From contig DAIOWH010000007.1 of NCBI GenBank assembly GCA_036758585.1, forward strand, positions 10,155 to 74,154: 64,000 nucleotides of DNA, in the 5' to 3' direction. Under the pieces are notes generated by a model. The model ran no database searches, was not told where the DNA came from, and was given only the letters and a program-made list of their open reading frames with translations. The position numbers were made by a program, and so were the translations under genes. This stretch comes from Planctomycetia bacterium (lineage in GTDB: Bacteria > Planctomycetota > Planctomycetia > JALXBF01 > JBGPMX01). This document shows positions 19,517 to 28,757 of the stretch, piece by piece. The first letter of the stretch is position 1. Every line of letters starts with the position of its first letter.

Positions 19517-20564
19517 GGTTGAGGGTCGAGAGTCGAGAGTCGAGGGCCAGAAGGACCGCACGGCTGCCTCGGACTCACCGCGATCCACTCTGAGTTCGCC
19601 GCCTGCCGTGCTCTGTGCCGGCATCGTCGTCGCCGACCACCTCTGCGTGCCGATTGATCACGTGCCCGATGCGGGCGAACTGGTGATGACCGACGGCATG
19701 ACGCTCGAGATCGGCGGCTGTGCGTCGAACGCCGCAGTCGATCTGGCCAAGATGGAGGTGCCGGTCACGATCTGCGGTTGCGTCGGAACGGACGCGCTCG
19801 GGCGTTTTGTGCTCGATACGCTCAAGGCCCGCGGCGTCGACGCCACCGGCGTGCGACTCGCAGACGACGCCGACACGAGCCAGACGCTGATCGTCAACGT
19901 GCGCGGTCAGGACCGGCGATTCATCCACTGTTTCGGCGCGAACGCACGCTTCCAGGCCGACGACATTCGGCCCGACCTGATCGAGCGGGCCAAGGTGCTC
20001 TACGTCGGTGGTTATCTGCTGATGCCCGCGCTCGAGCCGCAGTCGCTGGCGTCGGTCTTTGAACACGCGCGGCGGCTCGGCGTCCAGACGGTGCTGGACG
20101 TGGCCGTGCCCGGCCGGCTGGGCAGCGGCCAGTCGCAACTCATGCAGCGACTTGCGCCGGTGCTGCCTCACACCGATGTGTTCCTTCCCAACGAGGATGA
20201 GGCACGGCTCATCACCGGCCGCGCGGCGCCGCTGGACCAGGCTCGGTTCTTTCGCGACGCCGGTGTGGGCGCCGCCGTGATTACGATGGGAGGCAAGGGC
20301 GCCGTGTTGGTCGGACCCAGCGTTCAGTTGCGTGCCGGGGTCTTCCCTGTGGAATGCGTGGACTCGTCCGGCGGCGGCGATGCGTTCGACGCCGGCTACA
20401 TCTGTGGTCTGCTGCGCGGCGCCGATGCGCGCGGCTGCCTCGAGCTGGCCAGCGCCCTCGGGGCCAGTTGCGTACGCAGCGTGGGTACGACTCCCGGCGT
20501 ATTCACTCGCCTCGAATGCGAGGCATTTCTCCGAGACCATCGGCTCGCCGTCGACCCCATCTGA
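19509..20564 (+). CDS. PfkB family carbohydrate kinase
   Basis: GGCASNAAVDL, FLPNEDEA and DSSGGGDAFDAG motifs; start overlaps the greA stop. Confidence 0.88.
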   Translation: MSKVEGRESRVEGQKDRTAASDSPRSTLSSPPAVLCAGIVVADHLCVPIDHVPDAGELVMTDGMTLEIGGCASNAAVDLAKMEVPVTICGCVGTDALGRFVLDTLKARGVDATGVRLADDADTSQTLIVNVRGQDRRFIHCFGANARFQADDIRPDLIERAKVLYVGGYLLMPALEPQSLASVFEHARRLGVQTVLDVAVPGRLGSGQSQLMQRLAPVLPHTDVFLPNEDEARLITGRAAPLDQARFFRDAGVGAAVITMGGKGAVLVGPSVQLRAGVFPVECVDSSGGGDAFDAGYICGLLRGADARGCLELASALGASCVRSVGTTPGVFTRLECEAFLRDHRLAVDPI

Positions 20565-20809
20565 CGCCGCGCTCGAGATGTTGCTTCTCGCCTCATGTTG
20601 CGTTGCCGAAACGCAACGTCTCGACGAATCTTCTCAAACTCGTCCGCAGCACAGGCCGCGTGCTGCCGTCGCGATCGGCCGTTCTGGGCCGGTAGAAAGT
20701 GGATCTGCGGGCCGCAAAGCCGGCAGTCTCGGCCGATCCCGCAAGGCGTCGAACGCCCGCGGCCAAGCCCTGTGCTGATTCCGCCACGACGGCGTTCGGC
20801 GCCGGCGCA

Positions 20810-20825
20810 CGGCACCGCGGTTGCT
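20810..20825 (+). promoter_or_regulatory. sigma54 (-24/-12) promoter
   Basis: CGGCAC-CGCGG-TTGCT with exact spacing, 62 nt upstream of ATG 20888. Confidence 0.7.
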
Positions 20826-20887
20826 CTTGTTCCGCTGCACTCTTCGACCTGTTGCACTGAAACGGAACCACCTGACGGAGTGACGAA

Positions 20888-21136
20888 ATGGCCACCGCAT
20901 GCCACGTGTTCAATCACCTGCGGAGTCGAGCGACCGGTACCATGAACCAGCCCAGCCAAATCATGTTTCAGGAAGTGTTTCGCATGGATCGCGTCGCCAT
21001 GATCAACGAGCTGGCGTTGTTCCACACCTGCAGCCTGTGCAGCCACTCGCCGGAATCGCTGGTGAACATGTCCGACTCGAAGCTGCGCCGCCTGCTCGTC
21101 TCCGCCCGCTCCGACTACCAGGTACGGCAGAGGTAG
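20888..21136 (+). CDS. Small hypothetical protein (82 aa; alternative starts at internal Met)
   Basis: Fills a gap between genes; GGAG RBS; upstream sigma54 promoter. Confidence 0.6.
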   Translation: MATACHVFNHLRSRATGTMNQPSQIMFQEVFRMDRVAMINELALFHTCSLCSHSPESLVNMSDSKLRRLLVSARSDYQVRQR

Positions 21137-21172
21137 ATCTCGTGGCCGACGCTGCCAGCGTCGGAGCCGGCA

Positions 21173-21943
21173 CTACGCCAGGTCACGAAACTGTCGGACC
21201 AGATTCCGCGCCCCCGAGTCGATCAAGTCCACCTCGCTCGCCGTCTCAAAAAACGACATGCCCTTCTTCACCCACCGCGCCGCGACGTCGGCATTGGGCA
21301 CATACATGCCAGCCGTCTTGCCATGCCGTTTCGCCGCCGCCAGCGCGAGCTCGACTGCGGCGGCCACGTCCGGATGCGCGAACTCGCCGGGACGTCCGTA
21401 ACTGATCGACAGGTCGTACATGCCGAGGAACAGGACGTCGACGTGCGGGCTCGCCAGGATCGCGTCGAGGTTCTCGATGCCGGTCCGCGTCTCGACGTGA
21501 GCCAGTACGACGGTCTCGCGGTTGCCGGTCTCGATCAACTCGCGACCGCTCGTGTCCAGCTTGTAGTCGCAGTTGCCCATGCCCGGCGCCGCCGCGCGGA
21601 TGCCGATCGGCGGGAACTTCACGTAGCTCACCAGCCGATCGACCTGTTCGCGCGACTCGGTCCACGGAAGCTGGATGCCGATCACGCCGCACTCGAGCAG
21701 CTTTGCGACGTGCGTGCGCGAGCACTCCGGCGCCTTGGCCACGACCGGCAGTCCCTCCGCGCGGCAGCTCAGCACGAAGTTCGCCAAATCGGCCTCGTTC
21801 ATGAAGCCGTGCTCGTACTCGATGTAGACGAAATCGGCGCCGCTGTACTTCCACAGCTTCGCCAGCCACGGTGCGTGAACATTCTGCGTGGTCATGCCGA
21901 CCAGCGTGCGACCGTCGCGAAGCATAGACTTCAGGCTGTTCAT
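21173..21943 (-). CDS. HpcH/HpaI family aldolase
   Basis: DFVYIEYEHG, KFPPIGIR, HVET..GIEN..AI and LFLGMYDLSISYG motifs. Confidence 0.9.
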   Translation of the reverse strand: MNSLKSMLRDGRTLVGMTTQNVHAPWLAKLWKYSGADFVYIEYEHGFMNEADLANFVLSCRAEGLPVVAKAPECSRTHVAKLLECGVIGIQLPWTESREQVDRLVSYVKFPPIGIRAAAPGMGNCDYKLDTSGRELIETGNRETVVLAHVETRTGIENLDAILASPHVDVLFLGMYDLSISYGRPGEFAHPDVAAAVELALAAAKRHGKTAGMYVPNADVAARWVKKGMSFFETASEVDLIDSGARNLVRQFRDLA

Positions 21944-22034
21944 GGATTGCGTCCTTGATTGTGTCGAGTTTTGCCGTAGCATGAGGCCCCTGCGAACGAT
22001 CCGCAAGCGTGAAACCCAAACAATCGGGATATCC

Positions 22035-23372
22035 GTGAACCGCCCCACCGCCGGACCGATCGTAACGTCGAACGAGGTCAACGAGCGACCGAGCATGGTG
22101 CGCTACGGCGTCTTGGCGTTTCTGTGCTCACTCTGTTTCGTGCTGTATCTCGATCGGCTCTGCATGGGCGTGGCCAAGGTGCCGATGCAGGAAGAGCTGG
22201 GCTTCACCAACACGCAGCTCGGCATGATCGACCTGGCGTTCATGATTTCGTACGCGGTGTTCGAGATGCCGGTGGGCAACTGGGGCGACCGGTTTGGTTC
22301 GCGCGGCGTACTGACGCGGATCGTGCTGTGTTGGTCGCTGTTCACGGCACTCACCGGCGCCATGTCGAGTCTGTGGCCGCTGTTGGCAGTGCGGTTCCTG
22401 TTCGGCGCTGGCGAGGCGGGCGCGTTTCCGAACGCCGCGCGGGTGGTGACTCGCTGGTTTCCCGTTGGCCCGGCGCGTGTGCGGGCGCAGAGCATGGTGA
22501 CGGCATTCGCCCAACTTGGCGGCGCGGTGTCGCCGATCATAGCCGGGTATATCAGCGTGTGGTTCGGCTGGCGCTGGTCCTTCGCGTTTTTCGGCGCAGT
22601 CGGCGTGGTGTGGGCTGTGGCATTCTATTTTTGGTTCCGAGACGACCCCGCCGAGCACTCCGGCGTGAACGCCTCCGAGCTGAGAATGCTGACGACCAGC
22701 GCCCCCGCGGCGAATCACGCGGCGCATCCACCGCTCCCCTGGCGGTCCATCGTGACGAACGCGAACGTCTGGCTGCTTGGGATCGCGATGAATTGCGGCG
22801 CGGCGACGTTCTACATGTGCGTTTACTGGTTTCCAAAATACTTGAAGGCCGCGCGCGGTGTGGAGCTTGTCAGCTCCGGCTGGCTGTCGAGCCTGATCAA
22901 CATTGGCGGCGCGGTCGGATGCGTCGTAGGCGCGCTTATCAGCAACCGGCTGATTCATCGCATCTCGGATCAGGGCGTCGTGCGGCGTCTCGTTGGCGGG
23001 GGCGGATTTGCCGGCGCGGCGTTCTGTGTCTTCATGATCGTACATTGCGATTCCCCGATCGCCGCCAGCGTTTTCTCGGGCCTCGCGATCATGTGCGGCC
23101 AGATTCAGATCACGTCGTGGTGGGCCGTCGCCGCCGAGATCAGCGGCAAGCATCAAGCGGCCCTGTTTGGACTCATGAACTCGATGGGCGGCATCGGCGG
23201 CGGACTGTCGCCCTACTTCTTCGGCTGGTTCGGCGACTGGATGGGCGGCCGCGGTTACACCGGCCGCGAACAGTGGGACCCCGCGTTCTACGTCTACGTG
23301 GGAATCTACCTGGTCGGCGCCGTCTGCTGGCTGTTCGTCGACGTCAACAAACCGGTTAAGGATCAACCATGA
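22035..23372 (+). CDS. MFS transporter, anion:cation symporter (sugar-acid) family
   Basis: YLDRLCMGVA, GDRFGSR and RFLFGAGEAGAFP motifs; about 12 TM; divergent from the aldolase; start uncertain. Confidence 0.88.
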   Translation: MNRPTAGPIVTSNEVNERPSMVRYGVLAFLCSLCFVLYLDRLCMGVAKVPMQEELGFTNTQLGMIDLAFMISYAVFEMPVGNWGDRFGSRGVLTRIVLCWSLFTALTGAMSSLWPLLAVRFLFGAGEAGAFPNAARVVTRWFPVGPARVRAQSMVTAFAQLGGAVSPIIAGYISVWFGWRWSFAFFGAVGVVWAVAFYFWFRDDPAEHSGVNASELRMLTTSAPAANHAAHPPLPWRSIVTNANVWLLGIAMNCGAATFYMCVYWFPKYLKAARGVELVSSGWLSSLINIGGAVGCVVGALISNRLIHRISDQGVVRRLVGGGGFAGAAFCVFMIVHCDSPIAASVFSGLAIMCGQIQITSWWAVAAEISGKHQAALFGLMNSMGGIGGGLSPYFFGWFGDWMGGRGYTGREQWDPAFYVYVGIYLVGAVCWLFVDVNKPVKDQP

Positions 23373-24610
23373 TCCTTCGCATTGTGCTGGTCGCGCTGCG
23401 GAACCTGTTGCGTCAGCCGCTGCGCACATTATTGATTCTGCAAGGAGTGGTTTGGGGAACGGCGCTGGGAGTCTTCCCGCCCGCCGTCATCCACGGCACG
23501 CAAGGACTCGTGGAGACGCAGGCCGGTCGCTTGGGCACCGACCGGCTGATGCTCACTCAGGACGCCGGCGCGGCGACCGTGTTTGACTGGGAAATCGCAA
23601 CACGCGTCCGCGCGCTCGCCGGCCGCCAGGTCCGCCACGCCGCCGCTCAGGCTGTGGCACCGGGCGAGCTCCGTCAGTGCGTGCTGATCGCCGCGGACTC
23701 GGATGCGTTCGCTGCGCGGGGCATGGAGTTGGCCGCCGGACGGTTCTTCACGGCCGATGAATCGTCGCGCGCTGCGCCAGCGTGCGTCCTGGAACATCAG
23801 GCGGCGACGACGCTGTTCGGCGACGACGCGGCGGTCGGGCGACATCTGGAGATCGAAGGTGTGGGCCGGCTTGAGGTCGTGGGAGTCGCGGCGCCGCCGG
23901 CGATCGAATCAGACAAGTTCGACGAGTTTGGCTATCAGAAGGACCACCCGCTGGCGAAGTTGGTGGACCAACTGAAGCAGTACGTCGGCGCGTTCGAGGA
24001 TCCTGAACTTCGTGCGCTGGCCGGCGGCCGCGGCATCATCTTCCCGCACACGTTGCGGCCGGATGTGCAGCCGCGCTGGATCGAGATGCGTGCGGCACCC
24101 CAGGACGTGCTGCCGCTCCGCGAGCTGTTGCAGAATGAACTGTCGTCGCAGGGCTATGAACCGGTGCTCTATGCCAACGCGATCTTGCCGGTCATCTACG
24201 GTGAGACGATCAAGACGGCGATCGAACTCAACCGTGCCGTATTTGTGTTGAGTATTCTGGTTGGGACGTCGGTAGTGTGCGCGATCATGGTCTTGACAGT
24301 TGTCGAGCGGCAGCGTGAGATCGCGATCCGCCGCGTCGAAGGAGCGCGGCAGTGGCACATTGCCGTTCAGTTCGTGGTCGAAACGGGGACTCTCTGCGCC
24401 GTCGGTGCGCTGGCCGGAATCCCGCTGGGCCTGTTGCTCGCGTTCATTCGCTGCACCCTGGAGCCGCTTGGCTCAGTCACCTGGACATTCCCCGGCGCCG
24501 AGGTCGCGGTGCTGGTCGTCGTGGTCACGTCGGTGGGCCTGATCGGCGGTCTGCTGCCTGCGTGGCGTGCGATGCGCATCGATCCCGTCGAGATGCTGCG
24601 CTACGAGTGA
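23369..24610 (+). CDS. ABC transporter permease, MacB/FtsX family
   Basis: N-terminal TM + periplasmic domain; VVERQREIAIRRVEGA; PAWRAMRIDPVEMLRYE. Confidence 0.88.
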   Translation: MILRIVLVALRNLLRQPLRTLLILQGVVWGTALGVFPPAVIHGTQGLVETQAGRLGTDRLMLTQDAGAATVFDWEIATRVRALAGRQVRHAAAQAVAPGELRQCVLIAADSDAFAARGMELAAGRFFTADESSRAAPACVLEHQAATTLFGDDAAVGRHLEIEGVGRLEVVGVAAPPAIESDKFDEFGYQKDHPLAKLVDQLKQYVGAFEDPELRALAGGRGIIFPHTLRPDVQPRWIEMRAAPQDVLPLRELLQNELSSQGYEPVLYANAILPVIYGETIKTAIELNRAVFVLSILVGTSVVCAIMVLTVVERQREIAIRRVEGARQWHIAVQFVVETGTLCAVGALAGIPLGLLLAFIRCTLEPLGSVTWTFPGAEVAVLVVVVTSVGLIGGLLPAWRAMRIDPVEMLRYE

Positions 24611-24706
24611 CGGCGAGGAAATCGACTGGCGGACTTTCCCGCTCCGCTGCATACTCTTGCCGTCCGCTGTGTTCCGGGTACGTGAACGAGCGAGCAGGAG
24701 AGTCCG

Positions 24707-25138
24707 ATGAAACGCGCGTTGTGGGTGATGTGCCTGGCAGCGTTGGCAACCGCCAATCCTGCGGCGGAGTTCGCGCCGCCGACGGCGAGCGCGGCCCAGG
24801 AACCCCAGGCGAAGACTGTACGGGTGATCGTGGATTACGGCGACGGCGTTGAAAAGCACTTCGTCGCGCTACCGTGGAAGTCGGGCATGACCGCTCTCGA
24901 TGCTCTGGAACTCGCCTCGCGCCATCCGCGCGGCGTCAAATTCAAGTACACAGGGGCCGAGGCCACTGCGTTCGTCACCGAGATCGACGACCTGAAAAAC
25001 GAAGGCGGCGGCAGGCGAAACTGGACCTATCGAGTGAACGACAAGCTGGGCGATCGAAGCTGCGGCGTCGCGGAACTGAAGGAGTCGGACCGTGTGCTCT
25101 GGCGGTTCGGCAAGTATCGGCCGGATGAAAAAAGCTGA
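24707..25138 (+). CDS. DUF4430 (transcobalamin C-terminal-like) secreted protein
   Basis: Signal peptide; FVTEIDDLKNE...NWTYRVN..LGDRSCG...LKESDRVLWRF pattern. Confidence 0.75.
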   Translation: MKRALWVMCLAALATANPAAEFAPPTASAAQEPQAKTVRVIVDYGDGVEKHFVALPWKSGMTALDALELASRHPRGVKFKYTGAEATAFVTEIDDLKNEGGGRRNWTYRVNDKLGDRSCGVAELKESDRVLWRFGKYRPDEKS

Positions 25139-25156
25139 GACGAAGGAACTGAGCCA

Positions 25157-25720
25157 ATGCGAAACAAAATGGAAAGAGAGTGGATCGGTGCGGCGGTCTT
25201 GATGCTCGTGTGCGTGATCGGCCGGCTCGTGCCGCACGCGCCGAACTTCACGCCGATGGCCGCCGTGGCATTGTTTAGTGGGTTCTACTTTCGGCGTGTT
25301 CGTGTGGCAGCCTGTGTGTCGATTGCCGCCATGCTCGCCAGCGACGCCGTCATCGGGTTCTACGACCCGCGGCTGATGGCCGTGGTGTATGTGGCGCTGC
25401 TGTTCCCGATCTGTTTGCGTCGGTTTCTGCGCGGCCGGTGGAACGTCGTACGGGTCGGACTTTGCTCGGCGAGCGGGTCGATGGTGTTCTTCCTGGCCAC
25501 GAACTTGGCCGTCTGGCTGTTTGGCTCAATCTATCCGCCTACGATCGCCGGCCTCGTGCAGTGTTACGTCGCCGGACTGGCGTTTTTCCAACACACCTTG
25601 TCGGGCGACCTGTGCTGGTCGGCCGCGCTCTTCGGTGGCTATGCGATGGCTGGGGCGTTCACGACGGCTGGCCGGTCGCTGACGCTCGCGGTTCGGGACG
25701 TGCGCCCGGCACGGCCATAA
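25157..25720 (+). CDS. DUF6580 family membrane protein (ECF S-component-like)
   Basis: RLVPHAPNFTPMAAVALFSG; FFLATN.AVW; GLVQCYVAGLAFF..TLSGDL motifs. Confidence 0.8.
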   Translation: MRNKMEREWIGAAVLMLVCVIGRLVPHAPNFTPMAAVALFSGFYFRRVRVAACVSIAAMLASDAVIGFYDPRLMAVVYVALLFPICLRRFLRGRWNVVRVGLCSASGSMVFFLATNLAVWLFGSIYPPTIAGLVQCYVAGLAFFQHTLSGDLCWSAALFGGYAMAGAFTTAGRSLTLAVRDVRPARP

Positions 25721-25735
25721 GTCCGCTCACACAAC

Positions 25736-26953
25736 ATGCCGTCTTCTTCGGTCGTTATCTTCGCCTGGCGCGGTCTGGTGCGGCGACCGCTTCAGAGCGC
25801 ACTTCTGTTGTTCGCCGTGACGGTCGCGCTGGCGGCCACGATGACGATCATGGCAGTGCTCGCCGGCATCGAAGAACAGATGCGACGCGACCTCGACCAC
25901 GTGGGGCGCGACGTGATCAACGTTCACATTAGTCCGACGATCAAGGATGCACTGGCAAGCCCGCTTCGGCTCGCCGATTGCGACTGGATGCGTGAAACGA
26001 CCGGCGGCGTGGTGGCCCCGTTTCACGCGACGCTCGCCGCCTGCGACGCCGACGGCGTCGACAAACCGGTGCAAGCCACGATCATCGCGACTACGGCGGT
26101 GTGGGGAACAATCGTGCCGCTGGAACTGGTCGAAGGCCGTTTCTTCGCGGCCGACGAACACGGCGTCGGGGTGCTCGACGAGTGGGTCGCCAAGCGATTG
26201 TTCGGCGATGGTCGCGCGGTCGGCCGCAGCGTGCGGGTGCGGCGGTTCGGGTTGCCTCAGACGATCGAGGTCGTTGGCGTGATGAAGGACCCGTTTGAAA
26301 TCCGCAAGAAGTTCGAGGAACTCGACGTCACCGGCTCGGCCCGCTCGCGCATTCTGAGGATGATGGAATTCAAGAGCATCTACATGCCGGGCAGTTTCAC
26401 TGACCCAGACCAGACGATCCACGGCGCGGTCATCAAGACGCCCGCCGGACGTGATCCGATCGGGTTCGAGCGGCCGCTGATCGACCGACTGGGCGATCGC
26501 GCCGGCCGGGTTTGGGTGTGGTCGCGCAAGGCGTGGATAACGAACGTGCTCGAAGCGGCCGACATCGGCACGCAGGTGGCCAATGTGGTCTGGATCATCG
26601 TACTCCTCGTCACGTGCGTGATGATCACGACCGTGTCGCTGGTGGCGATCCGCGAACGTTATCGCGAGATCGCGATCCGCCGCACCGAGGGAGCGCGGCG
26701 AGGTCAGGTGGTTGGGCAACTGCTCGCGGAAAACGTGCTGCTGAGCGCGGCCGCGGGCGTGCTGGCCGTGGGCCTGGCGCGGTGGGGCGGGTCGGTCTTG
26801 GAATCGCGATACATTTCGTGGCCGCCCGCCTTCCTGACCAGCGACTTGGTGCTGTGTCTTGGCCTGGGACTGGTGCTTGGCGCCGTAGCCACGATCTTGC
26901 CCGCGCTGCGCGCCGCGTCGCTTGACCCCGTGGACGTAATTCGGAGAGCATAG
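25736..26953 (+). CDS. ABC transporter permease, MacB/FtsX family
   Basis: RERYREIAIRRTEGA; PALRAASLDPVDVIR. Confidence 0.88.
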   Translation: MPSSSVVIFAWRGLVRRPLQSALLLFAVTVALAATMTIMAVLAGIEEQMRRDLDHVGRDVINVHISPTIKDALASPLRLADCDWMRETTGGVVAPFHATLAACDADGVDKPVQATIIATTAVWGTIVPLELVEGRFFAADEHGVGVLDEWVAKRLFGDGRAVGRSVRVRRFGLPQTIEVVGVMKDPFEIRKKFEELDVTGSARSRILRMMEFKSIYMPGSFTDPDQTIHGAVIKTPAGRDPIGFERPLIDRLGDRAGRVWVWSRKAWITNVLEAADIGTQVANVVWIIVLLVTCVMITTVSLVAIRERYREIAIRRTEGARRGQVVGQLLAENVLLSAAAGVLAVGLARWGGSVLESRYISWPPAFLTSDLVLCLGLGLVLGAVATILPALRAASLDPVDVIRRA

Positions 26954-26959
26954 CGCCCG

Positions 26960-27694
26960 ATGATCGAACTCGACGACGTGCACAAGGTCTATCGCGACGG
27001 TCCCCTCGAAGTTCACGCGCTGCGCGGGATCAACCTAAAGGTTGCCCGCGGCGAGTTTGTCACGATCATGGGGCCGTCGGGTTCGGGCAAATCGACGCTG
27101 TTGCACATTCTCGGCTGCCTCGATCATCCCAGTTCGGGCGCATACCGCTTCGACGGTCAGGACACGAGCAGGTTCAGCGAGCGGCAGCTTGCGCTCACGC
27201 GAAACCGGCGCATCGGATTCGTGTTCCAATCGTTCAACCTGCTGCTGCGCGAGACCGCGCTCGAGAACGTGACGCTGCCGTTGTTGTACGCGGGCGAGAA
27301 GGACGTCATGGCCCGCGGGCGCGATGCACTCGCCGCAGTTGGCCTCGACGGACGCATGCACCACCGACCGGGGCAGCTATCCGGCGGCGAACAACAGCGC
27401 GTCGCAATCGCCCGCGCGATCGTCAAGCAACCCGACGTCATTCTGGCCGACGAGCCGACCGGCAACCTCGACACCCAAGTCGGCCACTCCATCATGGACC
27501 TGTTTCGCACGGTCCACGCGCGCGGCATCACGATCATCCTGATCACACACAATCCCGATGTCGCCAAGCTCGGCGATCGCTCCGTGTGGCTTCGCGACGG
27601 CCAACTCAGCGAACGAGTACTCACGAACGCCGCGACAGACAATGCTCTACGGGAATCCCCTACACAGTGGCTTGCCAACGATACCGATATCTAA
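26960..27694 (+). CDS. ABC transporter ATP-binding protein (LolD/MacB type)
   Basis: GPSGSGKST, LSGGEQQRVAIARA, DEPTGNLD. Confidence 0.95.
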   Translation: MIELDDVHKVYRDGPLEVHALRGINLKVARGEFVTIMGPSGSGKSTLLHILGCLDHPSSGAYRFDGQDTSRFSERQLALTRNRRIGFVFQSFNLLLRETALENVTLPLLYAGEKDVMARGRDALAAVGLDGRMHHRPGQLSGGEQQRVAIARAIVKQPDVILADEPTGNLDTQVGHSIMDLFRTVHARGITIILITHNPDVAKLGDRSVWLRDGQLSERVLTNAATDNALRESPTQWLANDTDI

Positions 27695-27838
27695 CCACAC
27701 AGGTCGTGCAGGCTGTAGTGTGAGCGCCTGATAGGCGCGACAATTCTAGTTTCCACGATCGGCCGAGCCCACGGGGTATGCTCGTCGTCGCAGGTCACAA
27801 TGTGACCTCACCGCTGTTCGAGCGGGCTCGATCCGGTT

Positions 27839-28603
27839 GTGGAGTCTGCGCGAGTGATTGCGCCGTCTGTGGCCGCTGAATGGGGTATCGTGCCACCGAC
27901 AGAATCCTACGATCGCGTCGCGCCGACGATCCGGCGAGATCAACTGATCCTCAGCCATTTGTGGCTGGTGCGTCACGTTATTGGCCGTCTGCTCACCGAC
28001 TTGCCGCCGGGATTGGACGTCGAGAACCTGGAGTCGGCCGGGACGCTCGGTCTGGTCGAGGCGGCGAGCCGTTTTGATCCGACGCGCGGCGTCGAGTTCA
28101 AGACCTTTGCGTACGCGCGCATCCGCGGCGCTGTGCTCGACGAACTGCGACGAAACTGCCCCTTGCCGCAGGAAGTGCTGCAGCGGGTCGCTCGCGTGCG
28201 AGACGCTTACGAGACGCTACCGCTGCCTGTGACACCCGAAGCGCTCAGCGACGCGACTGGGTTGAGCGTAGACGAGGTGCTCGACTGCCTGTCCGCGATG
28301 CGCATGACTCGCACCGTCTCGTGGGACGAAACCGGCAAGACAGTCAAGGTGCGGCTCGATGATCCGCAGGATCAGCCTCCCGCCGCGCTCGAGCGAGCCG
28401 AGCATCACCGACTGGTCGCCGACGCGATCGCCGCGCTGCCGGATCGCGAACGGATTGCGATCACGCTGTACTACATGGAAGACCTGCGGCTTCGCGAAAT
28501 CGGTCAGGTGCTTCAGTTGTCGGAATCACGCGTCTCGCGATTGCTGAACGCCGCGCTGTTCCGGCTTGGCGAACTATTGCGCACGCGAGGCATTGCGTCG
28601 TGA
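27839..28603 (+). CDS. FliA/WhiG family (sigma28-like) RNA polymerase sigma factor, paralog 1
   Basis: GLVEAASRFDPTRGVEFKTFAYARIRGAVLDELR; EIGQVLQLSESRVSRL. Confidence 0.9.
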   Translation: MESARVIAPSVAAEWGIVPPTESYDRVAPTIRRDQLILSHLWLVRHVIGRLLTDLPPGLDVENLESAGTLGLVEAASRFDPTRGVEFKTFAYARIRGAVLDELRRNCPLPQEVLQRVARVRDAYETLPLPVTPEALSDATGLSVDEVLDCLSAMRMTRTVSWDETGKTVKVRLDDPQDQPPAALERAEHHRLVADAIAALPDRERIAITLYYMEDLRLREIGQVLQLSESRVSRLLNAALFRLGELLRTRGIAS

Positions 28604-28757
28604 CGCAGACCGCGCCCTCGTGTACCCCACCGACACCGCTGTCCCCAGGCCGCTCAGGTTAGATTGATCCTTTCTCAGACATCTGCTAAAACCCGCCGCC
28701 CTTGCCTGACCTCGAGCCAGGCTTCAACTGGACTGGGAACCGGAGCAGCAACCTTCT

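Noticed and set aside
20690-20760. Possible c-di-GMP-I riboswitch (GAAA ... CGCAAAGCC)
   Set aside because: The CGCAAAGC core is present, but I cannot build the GNRA-capped P2 stem or a P1 pairing, and it lies upstream of the predicted promoter
24611-24706. Cobalamin riboswitch before DUF4430
   Set aside because: The gap is under 100 nt and has no B12-box
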